A DNA stretch of 41,382 bases from Trichinella spiralis (lineage: Eukaryota). Positions 10,646 to 33,200 of the stretch are shown piece after piece. The notes under the pieces were generated by a model. The model was given only the letters and a program-made list of their open reading frames with translations. It was not told where the DNA came from and searched no databases. Position 1 is the first letter of the stretch. Each line of letters starts with the position of its first letter. The DNA is taken from the NCBI RefSeq assembly GCF_000181795.1, contig NW_003526945.1, forward strand, positions 3,093,144 to 3,134,525, written 5' to 3'. Position numbers and translations under genes: made by a program.

Positions 10646-12559
10646 GTATGCGTGTGAACTATCGGTGAAAGGATATGGTGTATGATAAATGAAGCAATCC
10701 ACCATTCCATTCTACTACCTTCTTTTTAGATATTACTTTTAGTTTTTTATGGTATTTTTAAATGCATTTTAAATGTATATTTTTAAAGCAGTTCGATTGT
10801 GAATTCTCAATTCATCTTTTTTATTATTATACTACTTATATGTTATTTATATTCTTGCAATGTTTTTATTATTTTGTTTTTTTTTATAATCTCAGATTGA
10901 GTGCGAGAATTGATATAGAGAATGTTTGAACTGAAGAAGCACAGCTTCGTTTATCTGTGCTTATGTTATGATCCAGAACACACGTCGAACACCAAAGCAG
11001 TTTATTTGTTGCAGATCGTTTTGGTGGAGGAAAATGGATCAATTTTTGAAATGCTTGTACACTTGAAACTGGGATTATTAATTAAATTATTTTTATTTTT
11101 TTGAATTGTACAAAGTTGCTCAACTGTATACAACAATGCGAAAGTGTTTGATTGAAGTGAAAAAGTTGAAAGTGAAGAAGACTAAGGAAGAAGCAGCTTG
11201 AAATTTCTAGCTGTCGCGTAATTGTATAAAATGATTATCCGTTTGATTTGGGGCTTTATTTTTTTTTATCTTTAGTCTTTGAACGCTTTGAAACAAAGTC
11301 GATAACAACGGAGTAAGCAAGCTTGTCTCGTCTGTTGAAGAATCCAAGTGCTACAGCGCATATATAAACACGCATGCATGTTTATCATTTGTCATGATAG
11401 CTTTTCATCAGAATATAAGTGGCGCAGAATTTAATGAAATTAAAACAAGCAAACAAACAAGAAATATTAGCATAAAGTGGTTTGTATTATTGTTGTTGTA
11501 TACTGGTTTTCAGTTGTTTATTGGTTCAGTTTCAATGCGTAGTAAATACATGGTGGCACAACTGTGCTGTGGGAAGTTTCTTCGACGAAAATTCAGTCAG
11601 TCGGTCATACATTAGCAGTAGTATTAGTAGTAGTTCACGGATATCTTTGATTCAATTAATAAACAAATTCAATTCCCCCTCCCTCCCCCCCCCCCCCATT
11701 TCATTTTTCAGTGTTGTTGACAATGCTTACCTTTTTCCACGCCTGAATCACGTCCCACGTGTCACTACTTCCTTCCTGTACAACACGCATGTGACGTTAT
11801 CTAAAATCAGATTTCTCGAATATTATTTGATAAACCACTGTTTTTATGTTTAATTTTTTTTAATACACGTTTCACTTGACTTGTGCGTCATTGTCGGCTT
11901 GCTTATCGCAAAGTGGCCGGTGACATGAAGCAAATTGGCGGTATTTTCTGCTCGCTTTTCCAGATCGTCATTCAACTGAGTTGTTTTTTTATTTTTTTAA
12001 AATGTTTTTTATTCATAATTTAAATTGTTTATTTGTTTACTTTTATGTTCTTTCTTGATTTTTTTGTGGTCAACCGACTTGTAAGTCATGAGAGGTATTT
12101 TGGGTTTTTTTGTTCAACTCAATTGCGTTGTGTTTAATATATTTTTTTTTGCTTTTCAACCTTCCCCATGTAAAGTTCGACCAGTGAGAAGTGGATTTGT
12201 ATTTGTGAAAATTGATTTTATTTGAAATTGTGATAGAAAAAGCAAGAGCAGTTTTGAAGAAGAAAAATTAACAATAATAATAATAATAATAGTGTGAAAA
12301 TGTGCTGTTTTGCATATTTTGTGGGTGTTGTTCAATTTCGTTTAATAAGTAAGTATTGTTGTTTGTGTATGTGTGTGTATGTGTTGAATTGAAATTGAGA
12401 TAAATTATAAAGTGGAAAATAAAATTGAAAACAATTTGTTGAAATGCATCAAATGGATTCAATGTATCACTTCCGGGTCGATCAGTTTTGCATTTTCAAT
12501 CGAATCAATCAATAATGAATCAGCACATTTCCAATCCGAAACAAGATTCACCACATCGA

Positions 12560-12630
12560 ATAGTACAGTATAGTATCGGATAGTATAGTATAGTGCAGTG
12601 TAGTGTAATATAGTGTGCTGTAGTATAGTA
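12560..12630 (+). repeat. Degenerate (TAGTA/TAGTG)n pentanucleotide microsatellite
   Basis: tagtacagtatagtatcggatagtatagtatagtgcagtgtagtgtaatatagtgtgctgtagtatagta. Confidence 0.85.
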
Positions 12631-13649
12631 TGGTTAGCCGGCCGAGATAAACAGCTCGAAACAAACAACGCTCATGTATATACATACGTATGTATTGATT
12701 TTTAACTGGTGACATATAACCGAGTGCGTATTGCTATTCTTGTTATTGTTCTAGCTTTGTCTGGCGGTGCGATTCGTCCAACGGAAGCAGCTTTCCATTG
12801 CAGTTAGTTTCGAATTTGAACAACAAGCAGAAATTGCAGATAAAGCTCCTCCACTGATTGGTCGGAGAAAGAGGTCAGAGAAGAAGCTTCTTCCTCCGGT
12901 TTTCACTACACTAGCTTGAATTCGTAAAAAGGAAGAGTCGCGGAACAAACAAAATTAGTCACAAGCGACAAAGCCGATAGTAGCAGATGCATATTTATGC
13001 ATCGAGGTTAGTTTAAATTTAAATTTCTTTATTGTTGTTGTTGTTGTTGTTGTTTCTGTTTATTCGAATTTCAAATGAACATCAGTCTCGACGCGCTAAC
13101 TTCTGGTGGAATGTGAATTGTTGTTGTGGTAGCTGAAGTGGAAATATTGTGTGGGGAAAAAAAGAAATAGTTGGTTTTTTTGGATAATCGTGTGATGCGA
13201 TTGAAAAACGCCAACGTGGCGTGATAATGGTTGGAAATTGGTTGAAAGACATGCATGTGCGATGGGGATATGTGTTTTTCTTTTCAAAAACAAAAACAAA
13301 AGCGAAATCACACGGCTAGTGCAGCTTGCGAGCTGTTGTTAGCATGTTCGATGGAGACTGATGTTGGACCGATTTTTCGATGCTACTCGACTAGAAATTG
13401 CAATATTCGACAACAATTACAACGCGGGTGGTTTAGTTGAAACCGTTATAAACTTTACTCTTACAGTACTACTACCACTAATAATAATAATAATACTTAT
13501 TATTACTATTACTGTTTGTTATTGATTTTTAATTTTCATTCACCATCTTCATGTCACGTTGGTAAGATTAGCGAATGGATGTGAATGTTTTTTTTTTCTC
13601 TTTTTCATTTTATTCCAATTTTTGATCACTTCACAAATTTAACGACTCA

Positions 13650-13875
13650 ACCGAGCCGAAGAAAACAACCATTTAAACTTCCTGCTTGATGTGGCCGGAC
13701 GGACGGTAAGCCGTTGCAACCGGCTGCTTTCAGCCGATAGCCGCCGGCTGAACAGGCGCTGTAAAAGCCGAACAGTTAAATTGACCAATCGCCAAACAGT
13801 GTTGGTCACGTGACCACAGGGCCCGGTCGTTGGCTTCCATCCTCTGAGATGCATTTGCCGACGGACATTGGTCTC
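13650..13875 (+). promoter_or_regulatory. Putative BMPER promoter/enhancer: GCCG cluster, CCAAT box and palindromic E-box
   Basis: GC-rich island ~320-540 nt upstream of ATG 14191; CCAAT at 13785-13789; perfect palindrome TGGTCACGTGACCA at 13803-13816; repeated AGCCG/CGGCT. Confidence 0.45.
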
Positions 13876-14025
13876 ATAACGTGCCAGTATAATGTCTTGT
13901 CAATGTTGACACCGTTTTTGTGCAATAACTGCATTTCTCTGTTGGTTAAATTGAATTTTCACTGTTCAAATTATTCATGAGTACATGGGGTTTTGGCGGA
14001 GATTTTTTCTACAAGCTTCTGTTAC

Positions 14026-14052
14026 ATATACATATATATATATATATATATA
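14026..14052 (+). repeat. (TA)n microsatellite
   Basis: Run of alternating TA read directly. Confidence 0.85.
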
Positions 14053-14190
14053 AGCGTCATCGGTTATGAATTTTGATGGAAACAATTTTTCTTTTTAGGA
14101 ATGTAGTCAGTTTTGTCGGTATATAATTTGCTTTCGGAGTTCTTTGGAAGGCCTCCTCCAAGCCATCTGCAAACAACAACGCTCATTGTA

Positions 14191-23451
<9,261 letters not shown>

Positions 23452-26400
23452 TTGCCAGTAAGCTGTTTTCAAAGCTTTCCAACCGTATTAATTAACTTTT
23501 GACAATTTTTATATAATCGCAGTTGTTGAACAATTGCAAAAATAGTGTCCGGTACGAATCGGATGTTATTCTGTTTACATACATTTGTGTTTACAATAAA
23601 TGGATTTAAATATCCCCCTTTGTGCAGTTTTTGTTGGTATATTTTTTCAATTCGACATTTGCATTTTTTAAGATTCAAGCTAACTGTGAATAGTTCAACT
23701 TTTGATGAATTTCATACTAGAAAAAATTCTGTTAATTCACGCAAATAGTTTCATAGTTGATTTATTTGTTTGTTTCCAATTTCAACAAAGGAGAAGCTAT
23801 CAGGAAGGAAATGAAATTTTTCTCTGTGAAAATTGCCACCATGTATTTGTTTTATTGCGTAATAGCACATTTGTTATTCATATTTAATGCTAAGTAATTG
23901 GGTCGAAGTAATCATAATTGGGAAAAATACGCGATGATGCTGCTACGGTGAGAAAATTTGCAAATGAAGCGTTAATGAGTTATATTAATCATAAAGCACT
24001 AATAATCACAGGCTTGTTCATTTTGATTTTATCAAACCTATCATACGTATTCTTTGAATTGATCTTCAACAAATTGGCAATAATTGAAAGTTGCTAGCGC
24101 ACCGCTTGTACAACCCACTGGGCAATTGTAGGTTGGATAAGAGACCTGCCACGCGCATTCGATGGAATATTTGCACCCAAGGTCGTTGACAAAATCCGAC
24201 TTCTTCGTCACAGTGGTCCCACTTTTGGCAGCTCATGTTGGGCAGGTTTTTTCCTTTTTTCCATTTTCCGAATCAAATCAACAGCAATTAAGCACATGCC
24301 AGAAAAGTAAGTAGGTGAGCAATATTATTCAATGACGTCACCAAAATTGTTGGGATATCTAACAACTGGTCTGGGAAAATATGTCTTTACAAGCTATTAT
24401 TACAAAACAAGCGTACTTTTTTGTTTTAGAATACCTCATGATTTGGATTTTGAATTTTTAAACAAAATTTTAATCGAAAATAGAATTATTTTAAAAAATA
24501 CACATAACCACATTTTTTGTATGAAAAATTTGCTAAACTTTTGCATTAAATATTATAGACATCAAATTATTTTTGAAAAATTATAATTCATAAATATATA
24601 TACTTGTCACGTGTTGCATTATTTGCATTTTATCATCCATATTCTTGCGATTAATGTGTCAGTGTTTGAAATTTGCAAAGTACTGTTTGTTAATTACTCA
24701 CAGAGGCGAGAAATGCTTCAAATGTCCATCCAAAATGATGGACATGTTCTCTCTCTTTTTGTTGTTGGCACATTAAAAATGCAGATAATCCATTTGCAAT
24801 TTTGTTCAGTTCAGTTTTGAAAATTAACTATTTGCTAAATGAAAATTTGCTTTGCATTGAAAATTATTGAAAGTATTGTTGGCAATTTACTAAAGCTTTA
24901 CAAAATTACAAATAACATGCAGTATTCGTATGCAATTTTCAAAATACTTTATTCAAATCTACATGGTAGTACATGAACCGAAAAAAAGAGAATTCAAATT
25001 TCAGTGCATTTCATTCCCATCAACAAAGTGCTTGTGATTTTAAATGAAAAAATAGTAAAATGCTCTGGACGTTATATAATTCACAAAAGCATATTTACTT
25101 ATTCTTCATACAGTGGAAATTTTATTTCATGGGTCAAGAAGGAATTATTGCAGTTTTTTATATATTTTTTCCAAATATTTTACCGGCTTTGCAAAAATCA
25201 TTTTATGAGCATACCAACTTTATCATCCGTACGTTAACTATCAATGCCAGCTGTAGCATTTGAATGTGGCGTCAGCTGCTCAATTTTTTCATTATCAATT
25301 GCGTTGACCATGTCTTCGTTAAATGGTCTGTTGGCGCCAGTGGTTGAACTTTCTTGTCTATTAGAACAGTACCGGGCAGTGGCATAATCATCTTTTGAAA
25401 AACTAAGATCTGCGCATGGCAAAATGACATTTACATTACTGCGTAATTTATTATTTATGATAACATTAAACAAATAAAAGCATCAAGGTTAATCCACTTT
25501 AAAAATAGCAGCAGTAATTTGCTTTTTGCTTTCCAATTACGGCAAACTCTCATTGAAGATATGAATAATTTTTAAACGCAGTTTAAATTAAAAAAAGTTG
25601 CAGCAATTAAACCGCTACTACTGACACTGCCCTAGACTGTAGAATGGTAAATGCTGAAATGTTTAGCGCATGCTTTTTCAATTATTAAACTTTTGTTCAA
25701 ACAAATATATATATATATATATATCATTTCGTTAAGCATTTGTTCTATATTAGCGACAGTAGTAGTACAACTTAATACAAAACAATACAGCTCACAAATC
25801 AATAAGTTGACAAGTTCAACAGTCACAGAAATGATTCAAAAATTCAATCTGAGAATAGCTTATTTACAAGCAGCTGAATTTATGCCATTTTTATGAGATT
25901 CTGGCGTTTATTTGACAAAATTCATCGAATCTTATTCTATCCCTTTTCTTCCCCTTCCCCTACCCCCTCTCCAAATGAATTTCGACTAAATAATTAAAGT
26001 GTTGTTATGTGTATATAGGCGCATACTGCTGATTTTTTTCCGTGCAGCATTCTTATTTTTATTAATTGACTTGTAAGTTGAGGTTCAAATAAATCAGATT
26101 TTTCATCAGGAAAGAGAATGTAGCCAGATATTTTGTCACAGATTAAATAATACAAAGAAATTAAATGTTCCAGATGGCAACTTCAAAATGTGAAGGAATT
26201 AAATAGAAATTAAATCTCAAATCATAATAACTGAACCATGGTGCATAATATTTTCTTACTAGCTGTATGTTTTTTATGATAAGAAAAGGGAAACAAAAAC
26301 ATCGCTGATTTGGTCATAGGAAGTAAACAATACAAATGTGGAAAGCTAATGATGGCCATAGATAATGCTAGCTTCAAAATTCGTTCTCTAGGATTTGTAT

Positions 26401-28714
26401 AACTAAAATTGGTCTTATATTTGTAAATAATAGGCTGTAATGAATTTATTTCAACGTGTAATAAGTTATCAGCTTTCTGCTGCAAAGCTTAAAATATACC
26501 AGCATCATAGCTAGCTATATATGTATATATAATTCAAATAAAAGATCAAATTTCTCAGGAAGCATTTTTAATCATCTTATATAATAAAAGTGCTAGAATC
26601 ACTTCAAAATATTACAGTAACAAATAATAATCAAAATCCATACTTAAAGCAAACATTTTATTCTGCTGAAAGGTAATAAAAAGCAAAACGTGACAAGGAA
26701 TTCAGGCCATCATTGCTGATAATGTTGCCATCTCTCTTTACAATGCGAGATAGATGTTTTCGGCAAAACATCATGAGACCGATTTGACATCGGCCTGTTT
26801 GAACCAAAAGGAAAATTCTTGAACGAAGTGACCTTCATGAAGCAAAAGTAATGGCCATCTAAAATGATGGTAACATTCAAATAAAAGTATCGATCGAATT
26901 TATACCTTATGCGAACATTTGCAGCATCTATAAAAGAAGTTCAATTTAAAAAACGTGTCAGTTTTATTTAAAAAATAATTATCTTTGGTCGAGTGTCAAA
27001 ATAAATCAAAATATCTACACCAGGGCACGTTGATGGCAAACTTTTTAGCATATGAATATTCGTGTTTAACTCTACTTTATAAAACGTTGAAAATATAGCA
27101 AAACATCTTTCATACTAAGAATTGAAAGCCGTACATTAAAAATTCATAAATAAATCTGATTTTTTTACATTGAATTTAAATATTTTGAAGAAATTGAGGA
27201 AATCGAATTATTATTACTTCTACTATCCCACAATAAATACATCATATATTGTAGTATCGTTGTGAGTAATATTGTTGACGAATATTGATAAATAATTACA
27301 CTGCAGATACATTCATCAAACATTTAATTAGGTATTTTGTAAAGCGGATGCATGTTCGTCCAATCCCAAAGTTTAGAAAATATACAATCACAAAAAATAG
27401 CAGTTAAGAAAATCAGTAATATTATATTTATTTAGGGGTGAAATATATGCGTGATGTTTTAATTTTTCAGATTTATATCCATCTTGATTTCAATTTTTGA
27501 TGTAACGTAGATCATGAGATAATGAAAGATAAAAATCTGTTTTCAGAAGGAAAGCCAATTCACCCTTGGGGTTTAGTGCAGTTTGGCTATGTCGAGTAAC
27601 TCCATGTGAGCCTTGTTTGTTTATTATGCAAATAAGTGGTCTTAAAATAGCCTTATCAGTAACAACGCCCTTGCTTACTTTGCTTAACTGACATGGCTAG
27701 CAGCGGCGACGTGTGACGTTCTCTCAGTTTATTGTTGTGCTTAATAACAAACAACTGAATACCACTTTTATTTAATAAAAAGTATTCAATTTGTCTACCG
27801 TTGTTGTTTGCATTATTTTTTTTAACTTTTGTATATTCATTTTGAAAAACAGTTACTTGTTATATGTGAAAATTTGATTTTCAATTTAATATATGATTTG
27901 CAACTTTTATCATACGATCAAGTGAGCATGTGATTTGATGTTTAGTATTTTACAGACATGAAGAAGAATGAAGACGCGGACAACACAAAGCACAACTAAA
28001 AACAAAAGGTATGTGCGGTTCTCTATTCTGTAGGTGTTGGCTAGGGAAGCATTTTAAAGTGCAATTCTCCCTTCGTTGAAGTTAACAACAAACTTTAAGT
28101 GGTTCAGATATGAATTAATGCAGTATTTGAGTTTTCACACTGAAAAATTTACGTATACAATTGCTTTCATGGTCACATGTTCATATTCATCAAATTAAAA
28201 AATGCTAAATTAAGTCTGATACGGAAATTAAATAATTTTAGAAATTTCCAGATTTACAGTTAAAAGCCTTTTACAAATAAATAAAACAACAACTTAAAAA
28301 TTTGAATTTAATCATTACAGTAAATGCTGAAATTACTATTAGGTATACTGTAGACAAAAAAGTTGGACTGTTTATTTTTCAAACCAAAACTTATTTTGAA
28401 GTATTTATATAGCATTTAAAATGTATTTGTGTAATATTTTATATTAACTATTTGTTGATGCTTTTAATCATTTTGCATTATCAAAAATGTTTCCATACTG
28501 TAGCCTAAAGCTATATTTTATTTCAGTTATCCGAGAAATGATCAGTTAACCGTAGTAGTTTAATCTGTATTTTAAATCAAGTCTTTTTTAATTTTCATAT
28601 TCTTTCTTTTAAAAAAAATGTAATGCAGGTTCATGTTGACCATACGCAGATAGTCATAGGTCATTCGTTTGTTTGGTATTCTGTCGTTTGGTAGCTGGAA
28701 ATAATCACGCAAAA

Positions 28715-30282
28715 ATGGTAGCTTTCAATTTGCAGTTGAAAGAAATAAATATTTTTTTGATTTATTTTTGTTTAGACTGTTGGAAAAAGTCATAAGATGA
28801 TTGGGCATCTGAATTATCGGGTGAAAATAGTTTTACAAGATTCACGAATTCTAATCGGATATTTGAAAGGTGAGCTTCAAAAATTATTGAATTTATTTGG
28901 CAGAAACTGTTGCTGTGTATTTATTATTTTATTTTTTTATTCTATTAGGTATTTTTCGAATTTTTATTTTTGATGATAGGACTGACTTTTTACGTACTAG
29001 TTAATGACTACCATGGTTATGCGATGCTTCTGCATTATTACGGCTCGTTCATGACTAAAACATTTTAGTTAAAACGGTTTCTCACAGTTTTTTGTATAGT
29101 TTATTGTTGCGTGAAGCATGAAATTAAAAAGTTCTATGAAGTGTGAAGTTTCCTAATCATTAGTTGAATTTGTAAATTTACAATTTTTAAAGCGAAATTA
29201 CTTTTAATTGCATGCTATTTAATTTTTTTTCTTAATTTAATTAGCATCCTTTTGGTTATTATTAGTTAGTTACAAGGTACGGAGGTTCTCAATATTGAAT
29301 TGAAACTGCTATTTAAAAGGTGGACACAAACGTGCATATCGTTTCCGCAAGGGTGATTTTTTTTTCAGAGTGATTGGTTTTAGAAGTTCTAGTAATTCCT
29401 TTGAATCACTTAAAAGTGATGTAAGTGCTTTTTTTGTTATTTATGCTTTTGAAAATATTAAGTGATTGTTGTAAACTAAGCATATTTACTGTGCACTGTA
29501 GCATCATTGACAAAGAAGCATGAACTTTTTATGATAAAAATGGAATTATTTTAGATTTTATAAAGTCAATTGTTTGCATTATGCATAAATGAAGTCAAAT
29601 TTTGGATTTTCAGATATTATAATTTTCAGCTTTTTTTAGCATTTGACAAGTATATGAATGTTGTATTGTCCGACTGCGAAGAATTTCGTCGCTATCGGCC
29701 GAAAGAGGGACGAACAGCAGAGCGCGAAGAAAAGCGCACTCTTGGATTTATTTTACTTCGTGGCGAGCACATTGTTAGTATGTCGGTTGATGGTCCACCT
29801 TTAAAAGATGTATGCATTTTGATAAATTGATTAAATTAAATTTATTGACAATTAAAGCTGAAACCTTAGGACGATGTTCCGCAAATTCCGAAGTGTGGTG
29901 GTATTCCTGGACCGGGAATGGCAAAACCTGTTGGACGCGGAATGCCATTCGTTCCAATGCCTGGAATGGCACCAGGTTTGATTTGGAAATTTTAATGCAA
30001 TGATAATTATTTTGAAGGTATTATTTCTGTTAGGCTTACAAGGGCCAATCAGAGGAGTTGGTGGGCCTGCAACAGCGATGATGCAGCCGCAATATGGTAT
30101 GCCAGGAACTCCGATGCCGGGAATGGTTCCACCACGTCTTCCTGGGACACCAATGCCTGTACGTCAACCCGGTTTTACTCCTGCTCCCCTAATGCGAGGT
30201 AACATGCTCTGTTGAATGGCTAGGCGCATTTTTTATGCAATTTCTTTTAGGCCCGCCGCCGCCACCTTCATCTTCAACTTGA
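28715..30282 (+). CDS. SNRPB: Small nuclear ribonucleoprotein Sm B/B', 189 aa
   Basis: Exons 28715-28717 (ATG only), 28776-28869, 29640-29809, 29870-29975, 30034-30198, 30251-30282 (570 nt). [49 protein letters not shown]...[27 protein letters not shown]...[12 protein letters not shown]...MRGPPPP. AATAAA at 30283-30288. Confidence 0.97.
29369..29420 (+). other. Candidate PTC-containing (poison) cassette exon in SmB intron 2
   Basis: Strong acceptor TTTTTTTTTCAG ending 29368 and donor GTAAGT at 29421. Inclusion after phase-1 exon 2 gives GAG then TGA (29371-29373). Confidence 0.65.
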
Positions 30283-33200
30283 AATAAATGCAGAAAAATG
30301 CATGCATATTTAATGTTTTACTTTCATGTATGAGAAGCTGCTAATAAATGTTCCTTACTACTACCGTACAGTGAATATTCAGTTTGTCGTCAGACAGTCT
30401 GGTTTCTTCAGCTGCAGCAATAATAACGGCATATGGCGCATACGTACATGTTAAATAACAACAGAAAAACGTTTAATATCTATAAAAAAATAAATTCCAA
30501 CCTCACAGGTTTCAGAATTGATAACTTTGCTGTTGTTTGCATGCTTTTAATAAGCATTGTCACTTCCCAGTATCTGATCCGTCGGTAACACCCGCCCATT
30601 TGTTCATAAACGTTCTGTCTGAAAGAATCAACTTCACGCTTTTTATTATTGCTCGCTTTGAAACGAAACATTTGTCATCCAAATTTGTGATAATACTGTT
30701 CTTCAAGTTTTAGAATTTATGCATTTCAAAGAAAGCGGAGAAATAACTACATTTATAATATTTACAAAGGGAACTCACGTGGGTCGTAATAAGAAGCAAG
30801 TGGTGAAACTGAAAGCTTTTCCTGTGGAGAAGCATAAATCAGCTATGAAAAGGAAAAACCGTTCCTTCAGGCAACAACAACAAGCACTACGGCAATATTT
30901 GATTAAGCAGAGTAAAATGTATTGAGTAAATTGGCCTATATGCAAATTTAATTTCGTTCATTTTGACCTGTATACCTGTTAAATATAATTCAGTTTCTAA
31001 ACTTATGGAAAGCAGTAAAATTTCTTTAAGCATATTTCTGGATTAAAATCATTGAAATATTATTAATAATTAAAAATGACGAAATATGCAGAAAGATGAT
31101 TGTCAAATCACTGATAACAAGGTTATAACGCCAATTATTGAAAGGCGAATGCTGTACCCATGGTCAATATTTCATTTGGGTGATATTCCATTGATTGCTG
31201 CGGTGTGTGACAAGAGTGGAAATGAAAGAAACTGCATCAAGGTAACACTTTAATATTAAAACATTCTTCTGGTATTTTTTATGAATAATGCATGTATATT
31301 TAAGCAGTTATATATTTTTCGATTTTAGTAAGCATTAAAAATCGAAAGACTTGTGAAACAGAATTTTCCCTTATAGATATATAGTTTATCGCCTAGCTGT
31401 TTCAAAATGTTGACATTTCGATTTGTTGTTAAACACAGGCTTCTGGATATAAGTTAGAATACGTCGAACATTTCCGTTGCACTAGTGCATGACGATGATT
31501 TTTTTTTGTGGACAAAACAGATCGAATAGTTATTAATCAATCTTTTAGTGTTTTCTGTTCTACAAATCAGCAAAATATTGTTTTCCACACAGAGAGCTCT
31601 CTAAGTATATTTTCATTTTCTATTCCGTTTAAAAATTTTGTTTGTCAGCGCATGCAACCACTATGCTCATGTATTTTCATGGAGAGCTTTTTTCAATGAC
31701 ATCAGTTTCTGTAGGTCATTTTTGAATTTTCGAAACTCAAGTTCAAACATGTGAAGACGTGTCATGCCTAATTCAATTTTTTGTTTTGGTACAGTTCTCC
31801 GTATTAATGTACATTTTTATGAACCACCTTAATTTGCATACTATACGTATTATTACAGCTCATGTTTAAAATTTTCTACCGTTTACGTGTTTGTTATTAT
31901 TACCACTTATTTTCTAGTGGAAAAAAACTTATGAATCTGTTGTTTCCAGTTGCGAGATTTTACCTAATTTACGGTTCATTTTAAATAACATACGGTTCAT
32001 TTTGCACTTCAACTGCTTTTTGAGTGTTTCATTTACTTTTAAATTTTTTGTAAAATTTGAAGAAAAACGTTTCAAATTAATTTCAATTTTGCAATTCCAC
32101 GCCAGTCCACTCGCCCTGCTCACCGTACGCCAAAAACCATTTAAACAACGTAATCGACAGCATTCTAGTCGATCAAAAATTGGCATACCTTTTTTGCCTT
32201 TCATACAAGTCTTACTGTGTCTGCTTTTCATTACGTTATCGAATAAAAATTTTCGCGGCTGTTACTCTAAATTCACCATAAAAGCAACATACGAGAGACA
32301 ATTTTACAATAATAAAAATTACTTTATTCCCCCATTACTAGATATCATTGGTTTGCTGAAAAATAAGCATATCAAATGGTTTTTTAAATATATTAGAAGC
32401 CGACTCTTGTGACGAGCTATACTTGATAAGCAAACAAACGGCAAGGCAATGAACACACGAAAATTTGCATGTTAACGAGACGCGCCTAACAGAGATGAAA
32501 TAATTTGACCAAACTTTCGCTTTAACACTTAAACTATAATTTTATTTAATTTATTTAATTTCGGCTATACAACGGCTCCTAGATGTGCGAAGCTATATTA
32601 TCGTTAATATTGGAAAGTTCTATCTCATATCTTGTTGTTTGTGTGATTTTGCATCAACGGTCGCGGAGATTGTTTACTGAGCATGACAAACATTATTCGC
32701 ACAACGTGTTAAGCACATGTTTCATGCAAATTTTTATTTTCGAAAAGAAAACGAAATATTAATCATAATGTATAACTCATCGATGTGCATGTTGCGTATA
32801 CTTTGATTCTACGAAAATTCATGAATTGAATTATCTTGTAAGGTTGACTTGAAATATTTCTAGGTGGATGGTTTCCAGCAACATTAGAATGGAAGACGTT
32901 CTCAAAGGACGTCTGACAAGCGTCATCATTTTTATTCAAAATGGTAAATCACGTTACACAACTCTTCAAAATAGTTTTTCCAAATGATGAAAAGGTAATT
33001 ATTTTTAAGTTACATTTTTAAATTGATTAACATCATAATATTGCTGAAAGTAGATACTGAATCTATAATAGCCTGACATAACTAGATTATGTTTTATCAA
33101 GAAGACATATATTTTGTGATAAATTTCATGATTACGTTTAGCAGCAGTGTATTAAAGTATTAAACTTTTCAAAAGGAAAATAAATATATTATAAACGAAT

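Noticed and set aside
28971..29330. snoRNA-like signals in SmB intron 2 (TGATGA..CTGA; hairpins ending in ACA at 29084 and 29324)
   Set aside because: No properly spaced terminal D box or H box with a two-hairpin layout; needs Infernal/snoReport to call.
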